Source of the DNA: Selaginella moellendorffii
Taxonomy: Eukaryota > Plantae > Lycopodiophyta
Assembly (NCBI RefSeq): GCF_000143415.4
Contig: NW_003314328.1
Coordinates: 523,889 to 587,888 of the forward strand
Direction of reading: 5' to 3'
DNA: 64,000 bases
Numbering within the stretch: the first letter of the stretch is position 1; every line of letters begins with the position of its first letter. Below are positions 39,633-52,900 of the stretch, piece by piece. The translations under genes were made by a program, and so were the position numbers. A model generated the notes under the pieces. The model ran no database searches, was not told where the DNA came from, and worked only from the letters and a program-made list of their open reading frames with translations.

Positions 39633-42600
39633 ACTTCCACGTGTCATGTGTTGGTCCTTTTGGGTCCCTTTTTGGAGCCTTGCTTTTTGCTCGCTTCGTG
39701 CTCGTTCCTCGAGCACTTCGTTGGGAGTTCCACTCCCGCTCTTGACTTTTCAAGTCGGAGCTTTTGGTCCAAACGTGTTACGCTCGTTTGGCTCTCGCTT
39801 CAGCCACTACCATGTGGCACCCTTTCCGGCTCCACTTTGGGGCCTAGGGATTTTGTGTCTCACAACTCCACCACCCATAGATGAAGTTTGATGTCCTCAT
39901 CGAACGGTAAACCATTTTGTAAAGTAACACTCGCATGTGTTACGATTTCCATCCTTGGCACCTAGCCAATATTTGTCAATGGTTTGACATTGAAGGCTCA
40001 CCATGCCTTTTGCATATGCCTCAATGGTTTGACACCAAAGGCTCACCATGCCTTGCCTATCCTCTAAGGAGGGTAGTCTCTCCAACTTAGAGACTGATTG
40101 GACCACATGTAGTGGTTCTCTCCTTTTATTGGTTTAGTTCTCGCTAAACCTCTTAGAGACCCTTCTCTAAGTCAATCCCACTACTCCTTCTCGAGTAGTC
40201 TCAATTTCCATCTATTGAATGTTTGCACCTTGGAACTTTTACTCTTTTGACTTTTGGAAGTCAATTTCCTAGGTGTCTCTAACACCTTGCATTGCACAGA
40301 TTGTACAACTCCACTTCTCTATCCTAGGAAGTTCATTACTTGAGGGCACCATCATCCTCTCTTCTATTTCGTGCCACCTTGGGCACTAAGTTCCATTTAT
40401 CACACTTTGTGCTAGGGTTGTCCATCGCCCTATCATTTGGCTACCTTACCGCTCCCTCCCTTGGAGCTTCCACTTTCGCCAAATCGGAGCATTTCGGAAT
40501 CCATCCTTGGAAACACACTTCCTTTCCCGCAATTTGTTAGCGTCCAACACATTAGTGTTCCTCGCCTAACTTTGTCACTTGGATTCCTTCCAAGGAATTC
40601 CACGGCCCTATCTTGGCCACTCATCTTTTGCTCCTATCCATTGATTGTTGCACCAAGCAACATCGAATCTCTACCTCCCTCCTTGAGGTGTTCTTTTGAT
40701 TCCATAGCAAAGGCTCTGCTTTGCCCAGACTAGGGTGTTCACCCCTAGTAAGTCTCTTTTAGCATCTTCTGCTGTGGGCTCTATCCTCGGCCCAACTTTG
40801 TGACCCTCTCATGGGTCTCTTTAGAGACTACTTTCCTTGGACACACTATGCCATCGCAATGACATAACTCATTTCCCTAAGGTGCTTTTCCCACTTGGTC
40901 ACCTTGACCAAGCCACACCATCATCAATAGTTCAAATCAACACTTTGAACTAGGAACCTTATTCCTTAACCCAAACAAGGACCTTGTCCTTATTTAGCCA
41001 CAAGATCACCTAGTGATCTCACCTCGGCACTTTAATAGGTTTGCCAATAGGTACTAGGTCTTCCAGACCTTTAACTTGTTAACTACGACCCCGGGGGCAT
41101 CCCCCACACTTGGCGGTGCGCCCAAGCCAGCCCTTCCGGCCAAGGGTCCATAGCAACTGAGATTAGGTGTCCCCATCTCACTCACCACGTCCTTGGTGCC
41201 ACTTGCACCAGAGCGTTCAAGTTAGATATGCCGAGCTTTCACACTAAGCAATCTAACCGTGCATCACGACTCTGAGGCATCCCTCGCTTGGCGGTGTGCC
41301 CAAACCAGTCTCCCCACTGAGAGTCCATGATCACCGAAATATGAGTGTCCTCATATTCCAAACCATCACCACGCCCTAGTGATTTGGGACTCGAACCCAA
41401 GCACTAGAGGGTCGGGACTCGAACCCAACCTCCGTATATGCATCTACGGACGGCATCACACAGATGCCTGGCGTGACTCCCCACGCCGGTGCACCAACTT
41501 ATTTTTAAAGCGCGCTACAAATCACAGCTTAGGAGCCTAGTTCCCCCACACTGCCAAGTCCTCTCACTTGACATATCTGTGATCATGCATGGGCTCCTCC
41601 ATGCTTGGCCCCATGGGCCACCCTTTTTGAAGTTAGCACCTTCAACTAGGGTATTTGTTCCCCCCAACTTGCCAATCTCACTTAGCAAGTCATCCGGCCA
41701 CCGTAACATAGTTCATGCATAAGCGTGGAAGTCCTTAACCATCAACTTTTGTTCAAAGCCCTCTCTTTGAACACTCGGGAACTACTTCCCTAACCTTGAC
41801 AGCCTTGCCTCATGGCAAGCTTCAAGACCACGCTTCTGCTGCGCCACTCTGATTTCGCGCGTTCTATGAACCATTTACACTTGGCCTTTCTAGGTACTAA
41901 GCTACCTAGAATCGTCTTTGGGAACCTTGAAGGAACTCTGTCCCTTAGCTTGCTAAGGCCTCCCTTTTTGCAAGCTTTCCAATTGCCACATAGTCTAACA
42001 TGGACAATTCCATATTTTAGACTCTCCATGGCATCACGGTTGCTAGCGGCAACACCCTCGAGCCCCCACTTGATTCTCCACTCCCAGTTGGCATAACCAA
42101 CCTTGGTTATGCCCTTTGATTTCTATGGTTCAGTTCCATCCCAATACTACTTGCCTTTTGGCCCCATATGTTTCCTTTGGTTATTCTCTTCCAGACCAGG
42201 AGGATAGCTTTGCACTTTCTATCATGCCTTAGCAAGTATTCTTAGGGATGAACCTACCCAATAGCCCAAGGAGTGGTTCCTCAATCCAGGTATGCTCACC
42301 TTATAATCCCACACACTGGGATTACATTGTTGCTTATGGGCCTTTACATGCCCATCACTAGCCTTGCCAAAATTCCATTCTTGGCTTTGTCCAACTTAGG
42401 TAGACAGTCCTCTCCTGTCTCCACAACCTTGGACATTTGGATAGCACCTTCTATCCATCATTCGCTAGGGACTTAGTCCCTTGGGCTTTATCCATTGCCC
42501 TCGCGACATCAAACACCACCTTCTGGTGTTCTAGAGTGTTCGGGTGTCCCAATGATGGCTTTCTTGACAATGAGTATTTCCTTTTATGACATTGACTTAC

Positions 42601-44967
42601 TATATCGCAACACAAGCAACTTATCCCCCGTAAGGGTGTATCCGACTTCCCTATGCTATTAAGAAGTCTTGGGTAGCTACCTTCTACCCGTTCAACCAGT
42701 TATTTTGCACCTCTTGTTTAGTTGCCTCATAGTTGTCAAGTCCTACAACTCATTGTTTGGTGCTTTCACACCTCCATCATTATCTGGGTCACCACACTCC
42801 AACTGCATGCTCTGCAGCTTAGGTTATGCCATTCCCATTTCCATTGGGATTCCTTTGGCAAGGGTTCTCATGAACCCACCAACATAGCCTCAAGGTATCA
42901 CACCTTGGCACATTTGGTGTCTCCACACCATCGGCTCCACGAGCCTACCTCTATGACACTTCCCCTTCGTGTTTATGTCTTTGCCAAGACCAACACCGCT
43001 CTTTCTCATGCCAACCATCCGTTAGCACTGCACCATAGAGGTCACACACAACTTTGTGTCAAAGTTGTTTTCTTCTGAGAACACCTTTCCCATAACTTTA
43101 GCATGGCACATTTTGCCATCGATGAGATATCCTTTGTTCTCATCCTTGGATCCTATGATCCCCCCCCATCCTTTGTGGGGTACAACACACCTCAGTCCAA
43201 ATGCTTCCATCAGTCCTTTTAGGACCATCCCTTGACTCTACTTGAGTCATCAGCAGTTTTGGACTTGGTTAATCCACAGACCTTTAAGGTCCTATTTGTG
43301 AGGCACTAGCTCACTGGAATACACTTCTTGCATTCCTGTCCTACTCAAAAGGACTATTTTCACAAGTGTTACTCCGACACTTGATTTTGTTCTCTGGGGG
43401 CAACTTTTGCCCCTTAGGACTACTTGTCCATGCGATGAGAATACCACTCATCTCTAAGTACACCCCCCAACTCCTTGGGTTGTTCCAGCATTTATTAAAG
43501 GTAGCCCTAGCTACCATTTCAAGGACTTGAGTCCTCTTCCGTATTTGACCTCCCACAGTCATTACCTCTGGTCTCACATTCATGAGCACCAACCTCAACT
43601 ATATGAGGATAATCTTGTGACTCCTTTATTGTTTTGGAGTCTCTATCTTTCCCGTGATCCCAACTTTAGTTGTTTACCACAACAACCTTAGCTAATTTGC
43701 TGAGACAAATGCTCATCCGGATCACATCCTCAACTCAATGAGGAAAACCTTGCACTGTTCCCAAGATCCCAAAGTCGTTCCATTATTGGCCCTTTTCTAT
43801 CCACCACCTCGTCTACAAGTTCACACATGAACTGTAATGGAGAGCCATGTCTTCCCGACTTGCTACTCCTCAAGGATAGGCCCACTCCTCGGACCTTCTG
43901 ATGCCAACACTAGTGGTGATATACTTGAGCACCAATAAAAGTCGGGCTAAGGAACAGCTCCGATACCAAATTGTAAGCGACTAAATTTTTCATTCTACTT
44001 TAGTTACTTAACCACACCTCTGACCACTTGGAGGAGTCTCATTCACAACCTCCATAAGTCCAATCCAGGACTTGGGACTTGCTAGCCCCGAGAATGGCAT
44101 CCATGCCACTCAACATTTGCACTTGGTCCAAGTGCTCTACGTGTCCAATCCCATGACCGACACTCAAAGGTACCACCGACATAGCAGCCCGTTACGCTAA
44201 GGCCATGCCCAATCACCTTTGCCACACTGGTAGTCCAATACCACTTGCATCACCGTCTTGGCTCTCCAAGACTAGGCAAACCATCCGTGAGTGGTCATCT
44301 CAGATCCACTCCTTAGCATCCTTAGGATGCCCACCGACAAGGGGAATAGCCTTCCCCAATATCCCTCTGTCAGTCCCCACTAAGTCCCTTTCTGCCCCTG
44401 GCCGTGTTTGCCAACACTGCCACTGGATCAAGACCCACAAGCCCGACCACTAAGTCCCACGGTCCTTTGGGACTTCCTCACCACACAACTGTGTCCTTGG
44501 TCACTACCCCAGAGGACTGCTCCTCTTCCTTTCCACAGTCTGGGCCTTTGGGACAACATTTCGGAACACCGTGGCCTTACGCGAGCCACCTGGGTACTCT
44601 CCTCGCCTTCTGCCCTTGGGTGCTCTAGCCATGGGCTTAGAGCGGGTTCCGTTGAGCCACACCAGGTATCCAAGTAGGTAGTGCCACCCACACTTGGACT
44701 GGGAGCATCGGCCAGTCGATCTCCCGGGGGAACTAGAGCCGGCTCTTGAACACTTCACCAAGCTACCCCGCTTGTCGGTCTGTGTTCACTCTAGTCTTGG
44801 ACTTCCCAGTGGGCAGCACATCACCCAACACTGGGTCTGGCCTTCCTGGGCCAAACTGGCCTTTCCTGGCCAAACTGGCTCCATTGCAGTCCTCCCCCTA
44901 CTATACTTTTGGAGCTCACCAAACCCCCCAAGGTCTGGGAGACGAACGCTTTGGGCTTTCACCCTCT

Positions 44968-45522
44968 CAGACTCGAACTTGGACTCGGACTCGGACTCGG
45001 ACTCGGACTCGGACTCGGACTCGGACTCGGACTCGGACTCGGGCTCGGGCTCGGTCTCGGCCTCGGCCTCGGTCTCGTTCTCGGTCCCGATCTCGGTCTC
45101 GGTCTCGGTCTTGGTCTCGGTCTCGGTCCCGGTCTCGGTCTCGACTTCGGACTCCATCTCGGACTCCATCTCGGACTCCATCTCAGGTCCATCTCAGGTC
45201 CACCTCGGACTCCATCTCGGACTCCATCTCGGGTCCATCTCGGGTCCACCTCGGACTCCATCTCGGACTCCATCTCGAACTCCATTTCGGGTCCATCTCG
45301 GGTCCACCTCGGACTCCATCTTGGGCTCCATCTTGGACTCCATTTCGGGTCCATCTCGGGTCCACCTCGGACTCCATCTCGGACTCCATCTCGGGTCCAT
45401 CTCGGGTCCACCTCGGACTCCATCTCGGACTCCATCTCGGGTCCATCTTGGGTCCACCTCGGACTCCAACTCGAGTCCATCTCGGACTCCACTTCAGACT
45501 CCAGCTCGAGTCCATCTCGGAC
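44968..45522. repeat. Compound micro/minisatellite in the X1 5' LTR
   Basis: Same units as 39062-39632 with different copy numbers. Confidence 0.97.
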
Positions 45523-48500
45523 ACTTCCACGTGTCATGTGTTGGTCCTTTTGGGTCCCTTTTTGGAGCCTTGCTTTTTGCTCGCTTCGTGCTCGTTCCTC
45601 GAGCACTTCGTTGGGAGTTCCACTCCCGCTCTTGACTTTTCAAGTCGGAGCTTTTGGTCCAAACGTGTTACACTCGTTTGGCTCTCGCTTCAGCCACTAC
45701 CACGTGGCACCATTTCCGGCTCCACTTTGGGGCGTAGGGATTTTGTGTCTCACAATTGTGTTGGAGCCGGGAACACAGCCAATTTACTGGTGTCCATTTC
45801 AGTTAAGTTATGGGGAGGAGCAAAAAGTTCAATGACAAGTCAAAGAATTACTTGAGTTTGGATTTATTCAATCAAATACATCTCTATTTGGTGCTCTAGT
45901 CTTGCTTGTGAAGAAGAAAGATGGTTCAATGCAGATGTGTATTAACTACCGTGCCTTGAACAAGAAGATAATAAAGGATAATATGCCGATGCCGCATGTG
46001 GATAATATCTTAGACAAGCTTGGTGAAGCACGAGAATGGATATCATTAGATTGCAATGGATGATACATCTTTCTCCAAGATGGCATTCAACACAAGCTTC
46101 AGGCATTTTGAGTTTATAGTTATGTCATTTGGTTTGATGAATGCACCAGCCTCATTTACTCGGTTGATAATGGAGGTATTTGAGTGTTATCTTCATAAGT
46201 TTGTGGAGATTTTCTTAGATGATATTCTTGTTTTTAGCAAGAATATGGAGGAGCATCAGATGCATTTGTGCAAAGTTCTTTTGTTATTCCGTGATAGCAA
46301 ACTTTATGCGAAGAAGAGTAAATGTGAGTTTGCAAAGTTAGAGGTGGAATATTTAGGCCATATTGTGACATCTAAGGGTGTCAATATGGATTCAAAGAAG
46401 GTGGCTATGGTGGAGAATTAGTTTATGCCGACTATAGTGGCCGAGTTATACAGTTTCTTTGGTATGGCTAATTACTACTAATGTTTCCAACATAATTTTG
46501 TGGAAGTAGGGATGGAAAAATTTCCACAAATTTTCATTGACTTTTCCAATAGCTAATCTATTGATGACTTTGCTCAAAAACCATTCCGATTTTCGTAAGC
46601 CAATACAAACTAGTGAAAGGGTTAGAGTTGACTTCGGTTGGCTTAGAACTTAATATGTAGTTTGTATGATGCGACTTGAAAAGGATGTTAACTTTTGGGG
46701 CTAAGACAATTGAGTTGGATAGAGTCTGGAGTTAGTGTAGAAAAGTGGCTGTTATACTTTTCTAGAAAGGTGACCCTGATGCCTTTCTTTTCTAGCGTTG
46801 TGTTTGGTAGCAAAGGTTGCACTTTGCATTTTGTTAAGACTTTATGAAAGTAATGAGTTTTCATTGATCTTGACTTGGTTTTGGTGGCCTTCTACCTTGG
46901 TTAAGGATGGTGATGTTCAACTTAATTGTTTGAAATTGAGATGTTAGTACTCGTACTATAGCTTTGTCTATAAGGAGGTTATGTACCGATATGAGTCCAT
47001 CGCATGGTCTTCACTTTAGTTTTGACTGAGTGTTGATTGTGCATAGTTAGCCTCTTCAAAGCATGCTCAAAGTTGTTTTCTAAACGCATTAATGAGCTTA
47101 TTGCGGTTGAGTAGGATTCGAGTAGTCATATGCTTGTCTATGAACTTTTGTCTTGTGTTTGAGGTATTATGTTCATGTTGGACAAGAATGTGACTTGATG
47201 ATTTGAGTTTAGTGTTTAGGTCTTGTGAAGGCAAGTTGAAAAGGTGATTGTTAGTTGTTTGGTTATAAACTTTATCAAGGACTATTTAACACTTGTTTCG
47301 CTCGATGATGATTTAATAGTGATGGGTTTGCTTTACTGGATAGTGTTGCGGAGGATTATGTTATTAGACTTATATGGTTTTTTCCATGATGGTATATCAA
47401 TTCTACCTTTGTTGATATCATTTGGTTATATTTAGTCTATGGTGTTAGATTTCATTGAGTCTTGGATGTGGTGAATTATTCCTTGATAATGTATTATATA
47501 AAACTGAGTATTGTTGGAGGATTAGTCTTGGATACTAAGAATGGTATCTTCGACCTTAATTAGCTTGGTTGTTAGAAAGCTTTGAGTGGTGATTCACTCT
47601 TGCTTTCTTTTAGCTTTGTTCTAGTGTTGATGGTATTGAAGTGATGCCTTGTTGTTGACATTATTGTTGTTGAGATTTGAGTTAAATGAGATATCTCTCC
47701 GTAGGATTGATATTGAATTTCATTAGTCTCGATACAAATAGTGTTGATGATTTGGTTGTAGATTTGTGTTATTGGCATTCGTGCATTTACTATAACTATA
47801 TTGACGTTCAAATGAACTAAGTGGCAAGTTGGGTTAGTTGTGTTTTAGACGAGATTATTTAGTAGAGATTGAGCTTTAGCTTTTCCTTGAAAGGTGATTT
47901 AGTCGTGGACAATGCTAACTCTACAAGAGAAAAGTTAGTGATCGATATTGAAATATTTGAATCTTTATTGGATTTGAGTTGGGATATATTAATCATTGAT
48001 AATTTTTCTTGTGCTTATTATAAAGTGAGTTATGTCTTGTTATAAATGGATTCATAAAGGATTATTTGGTGATCACTTGTTGAGCATAGCTTTGTTATGC
48101 TTAGCTTTTGGATTGATGCAGACATGTTCTCTATTAGCTTTGTATTATGAAATTTAGCTTATAGATATGTTGAGAAGGATATTATGGGTTATGCCATGAT
48201 TTCTTCTTTAGCATTGAAGTTTGTTTATGCAAGACTTGTGATCATTATTAGGCAAGACTTGGCTATAAACTTCTTCGAGTTTTTGGTTCTTTGAGTTTTA
48301 TGCTCATTGTTTAATTTGTTAAAAATTATTAGGAAAGGAATTTTGGCTTATTAGTTTTGATATTGAAGTTAGTATTTGCATCTGGCAGTCATTGGTGATG
48401 ATTGACTATCATCTAGGATAGTTGATTATCCTTGTCAAGGGTTTTGCTTAATTATTGTTTGTATAGAATGATTTACCATTCTTTGGGATGATAAATTCTT

Positions 48501-49296
48501 TCTTTGACGATGATTATGCATCTCTTTATTGATGGGATGATTGATGTTCTTTTATGATAGTTAGTTGTTCACTTTGATGGTTTATGGCTTTTCACAATAC
48601 TATATGTTCTTTGTTTTTTGCTCTAGATTGGTCTCTTAGGTTTGAGATATTGGTAGAATGTTGTTAACACTTGCTTAAGCAACTCTGGTTCCTTCATATT
48701 GTTGACCAGGATTTAGTCAGATTAGTTGGTGTGATAGTTGGCATGAATGAGTGTTTGTTAGTGTTGCCACATTCATTTTGTTCTGTTGATTATTGTTCAA
48801 GTTAGTTTTGATAAATTATAATGTTCTTTCCTTTGGGTGATACATTTGCATGCATTTTACTTGCTAGTTAATGATACTTTGTGTTCTTTGATTTGTTTTT
48901 CATAAATTGTTTAGCATGCTATCTACAATATTTGATAGCTAAGTTTTATCATTAAGTTTCTTGATGATACACTGACTATTGGATTTTGTTAGATGGTGAA
49001 TCTTATGTTTTCCAACTATAATGATCTTGGTGGTTTCAATACTTTAATAATGGTTTATCAAATGATAACTTACTTGGAATACTTTCGTGTTCTAATTTAA
49101 TGTGAGACACAAAATCCCTAGGCCCCAAAGTGGAGCTGGAAGGGCGCCACATGGTAGTGGCCGAAGCGAGAGCCAAACGAGCGTAACACGTTTGGACCAA
49201 AAGCTCCGACTTGAAAAGTCAAGAGCGGGAGTGGAACTCCCAACGAAGTGCTCGAGGAACGAGCACGAAGCGAGCAAAAGGCGAGGCTCCAAAAAG

Positions 49297-49801
49297 GGAC
49301 CCGAGTTGGAGTCCGAAGTGGAGTCCGAGATGGACCCGAGTTGGAGTCCGAAGTGGAGTCCGAGATGGACCCGAGTTGGAGTCCGAAATGGAGTCCGAGA
49401 TGGACCCGAAATGGAGTCCGAAGTGGAGTCCGAGATGGACCCGAGTTGGAGTCCGAAATGGAGTCCGAGATGGACCCGAAATGGAGTCCGAAATGGAGTC
49501 CGAGATGGACCCGAGATGGAGTCCGAGATGGAGTCCGAGATGGACCCGAGATGGAGTCCGAGATGGAGTCCGAGATGGACCCGAGATGGAGTCCGAGATG
49601 GAGTCCGAGATGGAGTCCGAGGTGGACCCGAGATGGACCCGAAATGGAGTCCGAGATGGAGTCCGAGATGGACCCGAGATGGAGTCCAAGATGGAGTCCG
49701 AGATGGACCCGAAATGGAGTCCGAGATGGACCCGAGATGGAGTCCGAGATGGAGTCCGAGATGGAGTCCGAGATGGAGTCCGAAGTCGAGACCGAGACTG
49801 G

Positions 49802-49833
<32 letters not shown>

Positions 49834-49945
49834 TCGGGACCGAGACCGAGACCAAGGCCGAGGCCGAGACCGAGCCCGAGTCCGAGTCCGAGTCCGAGTC
49901 CGAGTCCGAGTCCGAGTCCGAGTCCGAGTCCGAGTCCGAGTCCGG
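49297..49945. repeat. Compound micro/minisatellite in the X2 5' LTR
   Basis: GGAGTCCGAGAT / GGACCCGAGAT units, then (GAGACC)n and (GAGTCC)n. Confidence 0.97.
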
Positions 49946-52900
49946 AGCCTGAGAGGGTGAAAGCCCAAAGCGTTCGTCTCCCAGACCCTGGGGGGTTTGG
50001 TGAGCTCCAAAAGTATAGTAGGGGGAGGACTGCAGTGGAGCCAGTTTGGCCAGGAAAGGCCAGTTTGGCCTAGGAAGGCCGGACCCAGTGTTGGGTGATG
50101 AGCTGCCCACTGGGAAGTCCAAGACTAGAGTGAACATGGACCGACAAGCGGGGTAGCTTGGTGAAGTGTTCAAGAGCCGGCTCTAGTTCCCCCGGGAGAT
50201 CGACTGGCCGATGCTCCTAGTCCAAGTGTGGGTGGCATTACCTACTTGGATACCTGGTGTGGCTCAACGGAACCCGCTCTAAGCCCATGGCTAGAGCACC
50301 TAAAGGCGAAAGGCGAGGAGAGTACCCAGGTGGCTCGCGTAAGGCCACGGTGTTCCGAAATGTTGTCCCGAAGGCCCAGACTGTGGAAAGGAAGAGGAAC
50401 AGTCCTCTGGGGCAGTGACCAAGGACACAGTCGTGTGGTGAGGAAGTCCCAGAGGACCGTGGGACTTAGTGGTCGGGCCTGTGGGTCTCGATCCAGTGGC
50501 AGTGTTGGCAAACACGGCCAGGGGCAGAAAGGGACTTAGTGGGAACTGACAGAGGGATATTGGGGAAGGTTATTCCCCTTGTCGGTGGGCATCCTAAGGA
50601 TGCTAAGGAGTGGATCTGAGATGACCACTCACGGATGGTTTGCCTAGTCTTGGAGAGCCAAGACGGTGATGCAAGTGGTATTGGACTACCAGTGTGGCAA
50701 AGGTGATTGGGCATGGCCTTAGCGTAACGGGCTGCTATGTCGGTGGTACCTTTGAGTGTCGGTCATGGGATCGGACACGTGGAGCACTTGGACCAAGTGT
50801 AAATGTTAAGTGGCCTGGATGCCATTCTCGGGGCTAGCAAGTCCCAAGTCCTGGATTGGACTTATGGAGGTGGTGAATGAGACTCTTCCAAGTGGTCAGA
50901 GGTGTGGTTAAGTGACTAAAGTAGAATGGAAAATTTAGTCGCTTACAATTTGGTATCGGAGCTGTTCCTTAGTCCAACTTTTATTGGTGCTCAAGTATAT
51001 CACCACTAGTGTTGGCATCGGAAGGTCCGAGGAGTGGGCCTATCCTTGAGGAGTAGCAAGTCGGGAAGACATGGCTCCCCATTACAGTTCATGTGTGAAC
51101 TTGTAGACGAGGTGGTGGATAGAAAAGGGCCAATAATGGAACGACTTTGGGATCTTGGGAACAGTGCAAGGTTTTCCCCATTGAGTTGAGGATGTGATCC
51201 AGATGAGCATTTGTCTCAGCAAATTGGCTAAGGTTGTTGTGGTAAACAACTAAAGTTGGGATCACGGGAAAGATAGAGACTCCAAAACAATAAAGGAGTC
51301 ACAAGTTTATCCTCACATGGTTGAGGCTGGTGCTCATGAAGGTGAGACCGGAATGGATGACCGTGAGAGGTCAAGTATGGATGAGGACACGAGTCCTCGA
51401 AATGGTAGCCGGGGCTACCTTTAATAAATGCTGGAACAACCCAAGGAGTTGGGGGTGTATTAAGTGGATGAGTTGGTATTCTCATCACATGGACAAGTAG
51501 TCCTAAGGGGCAAAGGTTGCCCCCAGAGAACAAAATCAAGTGTCGGAGTAACACTTGTGAAAATAGTCCTTTTGAGTAGGACAGGAATGCAAGAAGTGTA
51601 TTCCAGTGAGCTAGTGCCTCACAAATAGGACCTTAAAGGTCTGTGGATTAACCAAGTCCAAAACTGCTGATGACTCAAGTAGAGTCAAGGGATGGTCCTA
51701 AAAGGACTGATGGAAGCATTTGGACTGAGGTGTGTTGTACCCCACAAAGGATGCGGGGGGGATCATAGGATCCAAGGATGAGAACAGAGGGTATCTCATC
51801 GATGGCAAAATGTGCCATGCTAAAGTTGTGGGAAAGGTGTTCCCAAAAAGAAAACAACTTTGACACAAAGTTGTGTGTGACCTCTATGGTGTAGTGCTAA
51901 TGGATGGTTGGCATGAGAAAGAGTGGCATTGGTCTTGGCAAAGACTTAGACACAAAGAAGAAGTGTCATAAAGGTAGGCTCGTGGAGCCGATGGTGTGGA
52001 GACACCAAATGTGCCAAGGTGTGATACCTTGAGGCTATGTTGGTGGGTTCATGAGAACCCCTTGCCAAAGGAATCCCAATGGAAGTGGGAATGGCATAGC
52101 CTAAGCTACAGAGCATGCAGTTGGAGTGTGGTGACCCAGATAATGATGGAGGTGTGAAAGCACCAAGCAATGAGTTGTAGGACTTGACAACTATGAGGCA
52201 ACTAAGCAAGAGGTGCAAAATAACTGGTTAAACGGGTAGAAGGTAGCTACCCAAGACTTCTAGCATAGGGAAGTCGGATATACCCTTGCGGGGGATAAGT
52301 TGCTTATGTTGCGATATAGTAAGTCAATGTCATAAAAGGAAATACTCATTGTCAAGAAAGCCATCATTGGGACACCTGAACACTCTAGAACACCAAAAGG
52401 TGGTGTTTGATGTCGCGAGGGCAATGGATAAAGCCCAAGGGACTAAGTCCCTAGCGAATGATGGATAGAAGGTGCTATCCAAATGTCCAAGGTTGTGGAG
52501 ACAGGAGAGGACTGTCTACCCAAGTTGGACAAAGCCAAGAATGGAATTTTGGCAAGGCTAGTGATGGGCATGTAAAGGCCCATAAGCAACAATGTAATCC
52601 CAGTGTGTGGGATTATAAGGTGAGCATACCTGGATTGAGGAACCACTCCTTGGGCTATTGAGTAGGTTCATCCCTAAGAATACTTGCTAAGGCATGATAG
52701 AAAGTGCAAAGCTATCCTCCTGGTCTGGAAGAGAATAACCAAAGGAAACATATGGGGCCAAAAGGCAAGTAGTATTGGGATGGAACTGAACCATAGAAAT
52801 CAAAGGGCATAACCAAGGTTGGTTATGCCAACTGGGAGTGGAGAATCAAGTGGGGGCTCGAGGGTGTTGCCGCTAGCAACCGTGATGCCATGGAGAGTCT

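Larger units (their letters stand above)
38047..45754 (-). mobile_element. Young full-length non-autonomous (LARD-like) LTR retrotransposon X1. 5' LTR 43972-45754, 3' LTR 38047-39864, TSD ATTGT
   Basis: TG...CA termini and exact 5-bp TSD. PBS TGGTATCGGAGC (43957-43968, minus strand) and purine-rich tract GGGTGGTGGAG next to the 3' LTR. The 4.1-kb interior has no long ORF or recognisable RT. Confidence 0.93.
36108..46507 (+). mobile_element. Gypsy family 1 element, 5' half (LTR 36108-36340, PBS, gag, protease, RT), interrupted by element X1
   Basis: The 233-bp LTR is homologous to 14008-14240. PBS TGGTATCAAA at 36342; gag, protease LLDSGS, RT FGLMNAP/FLDDIL. The sequence rejoins collinearly across 38047-45754. 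Confidence 0.92.
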
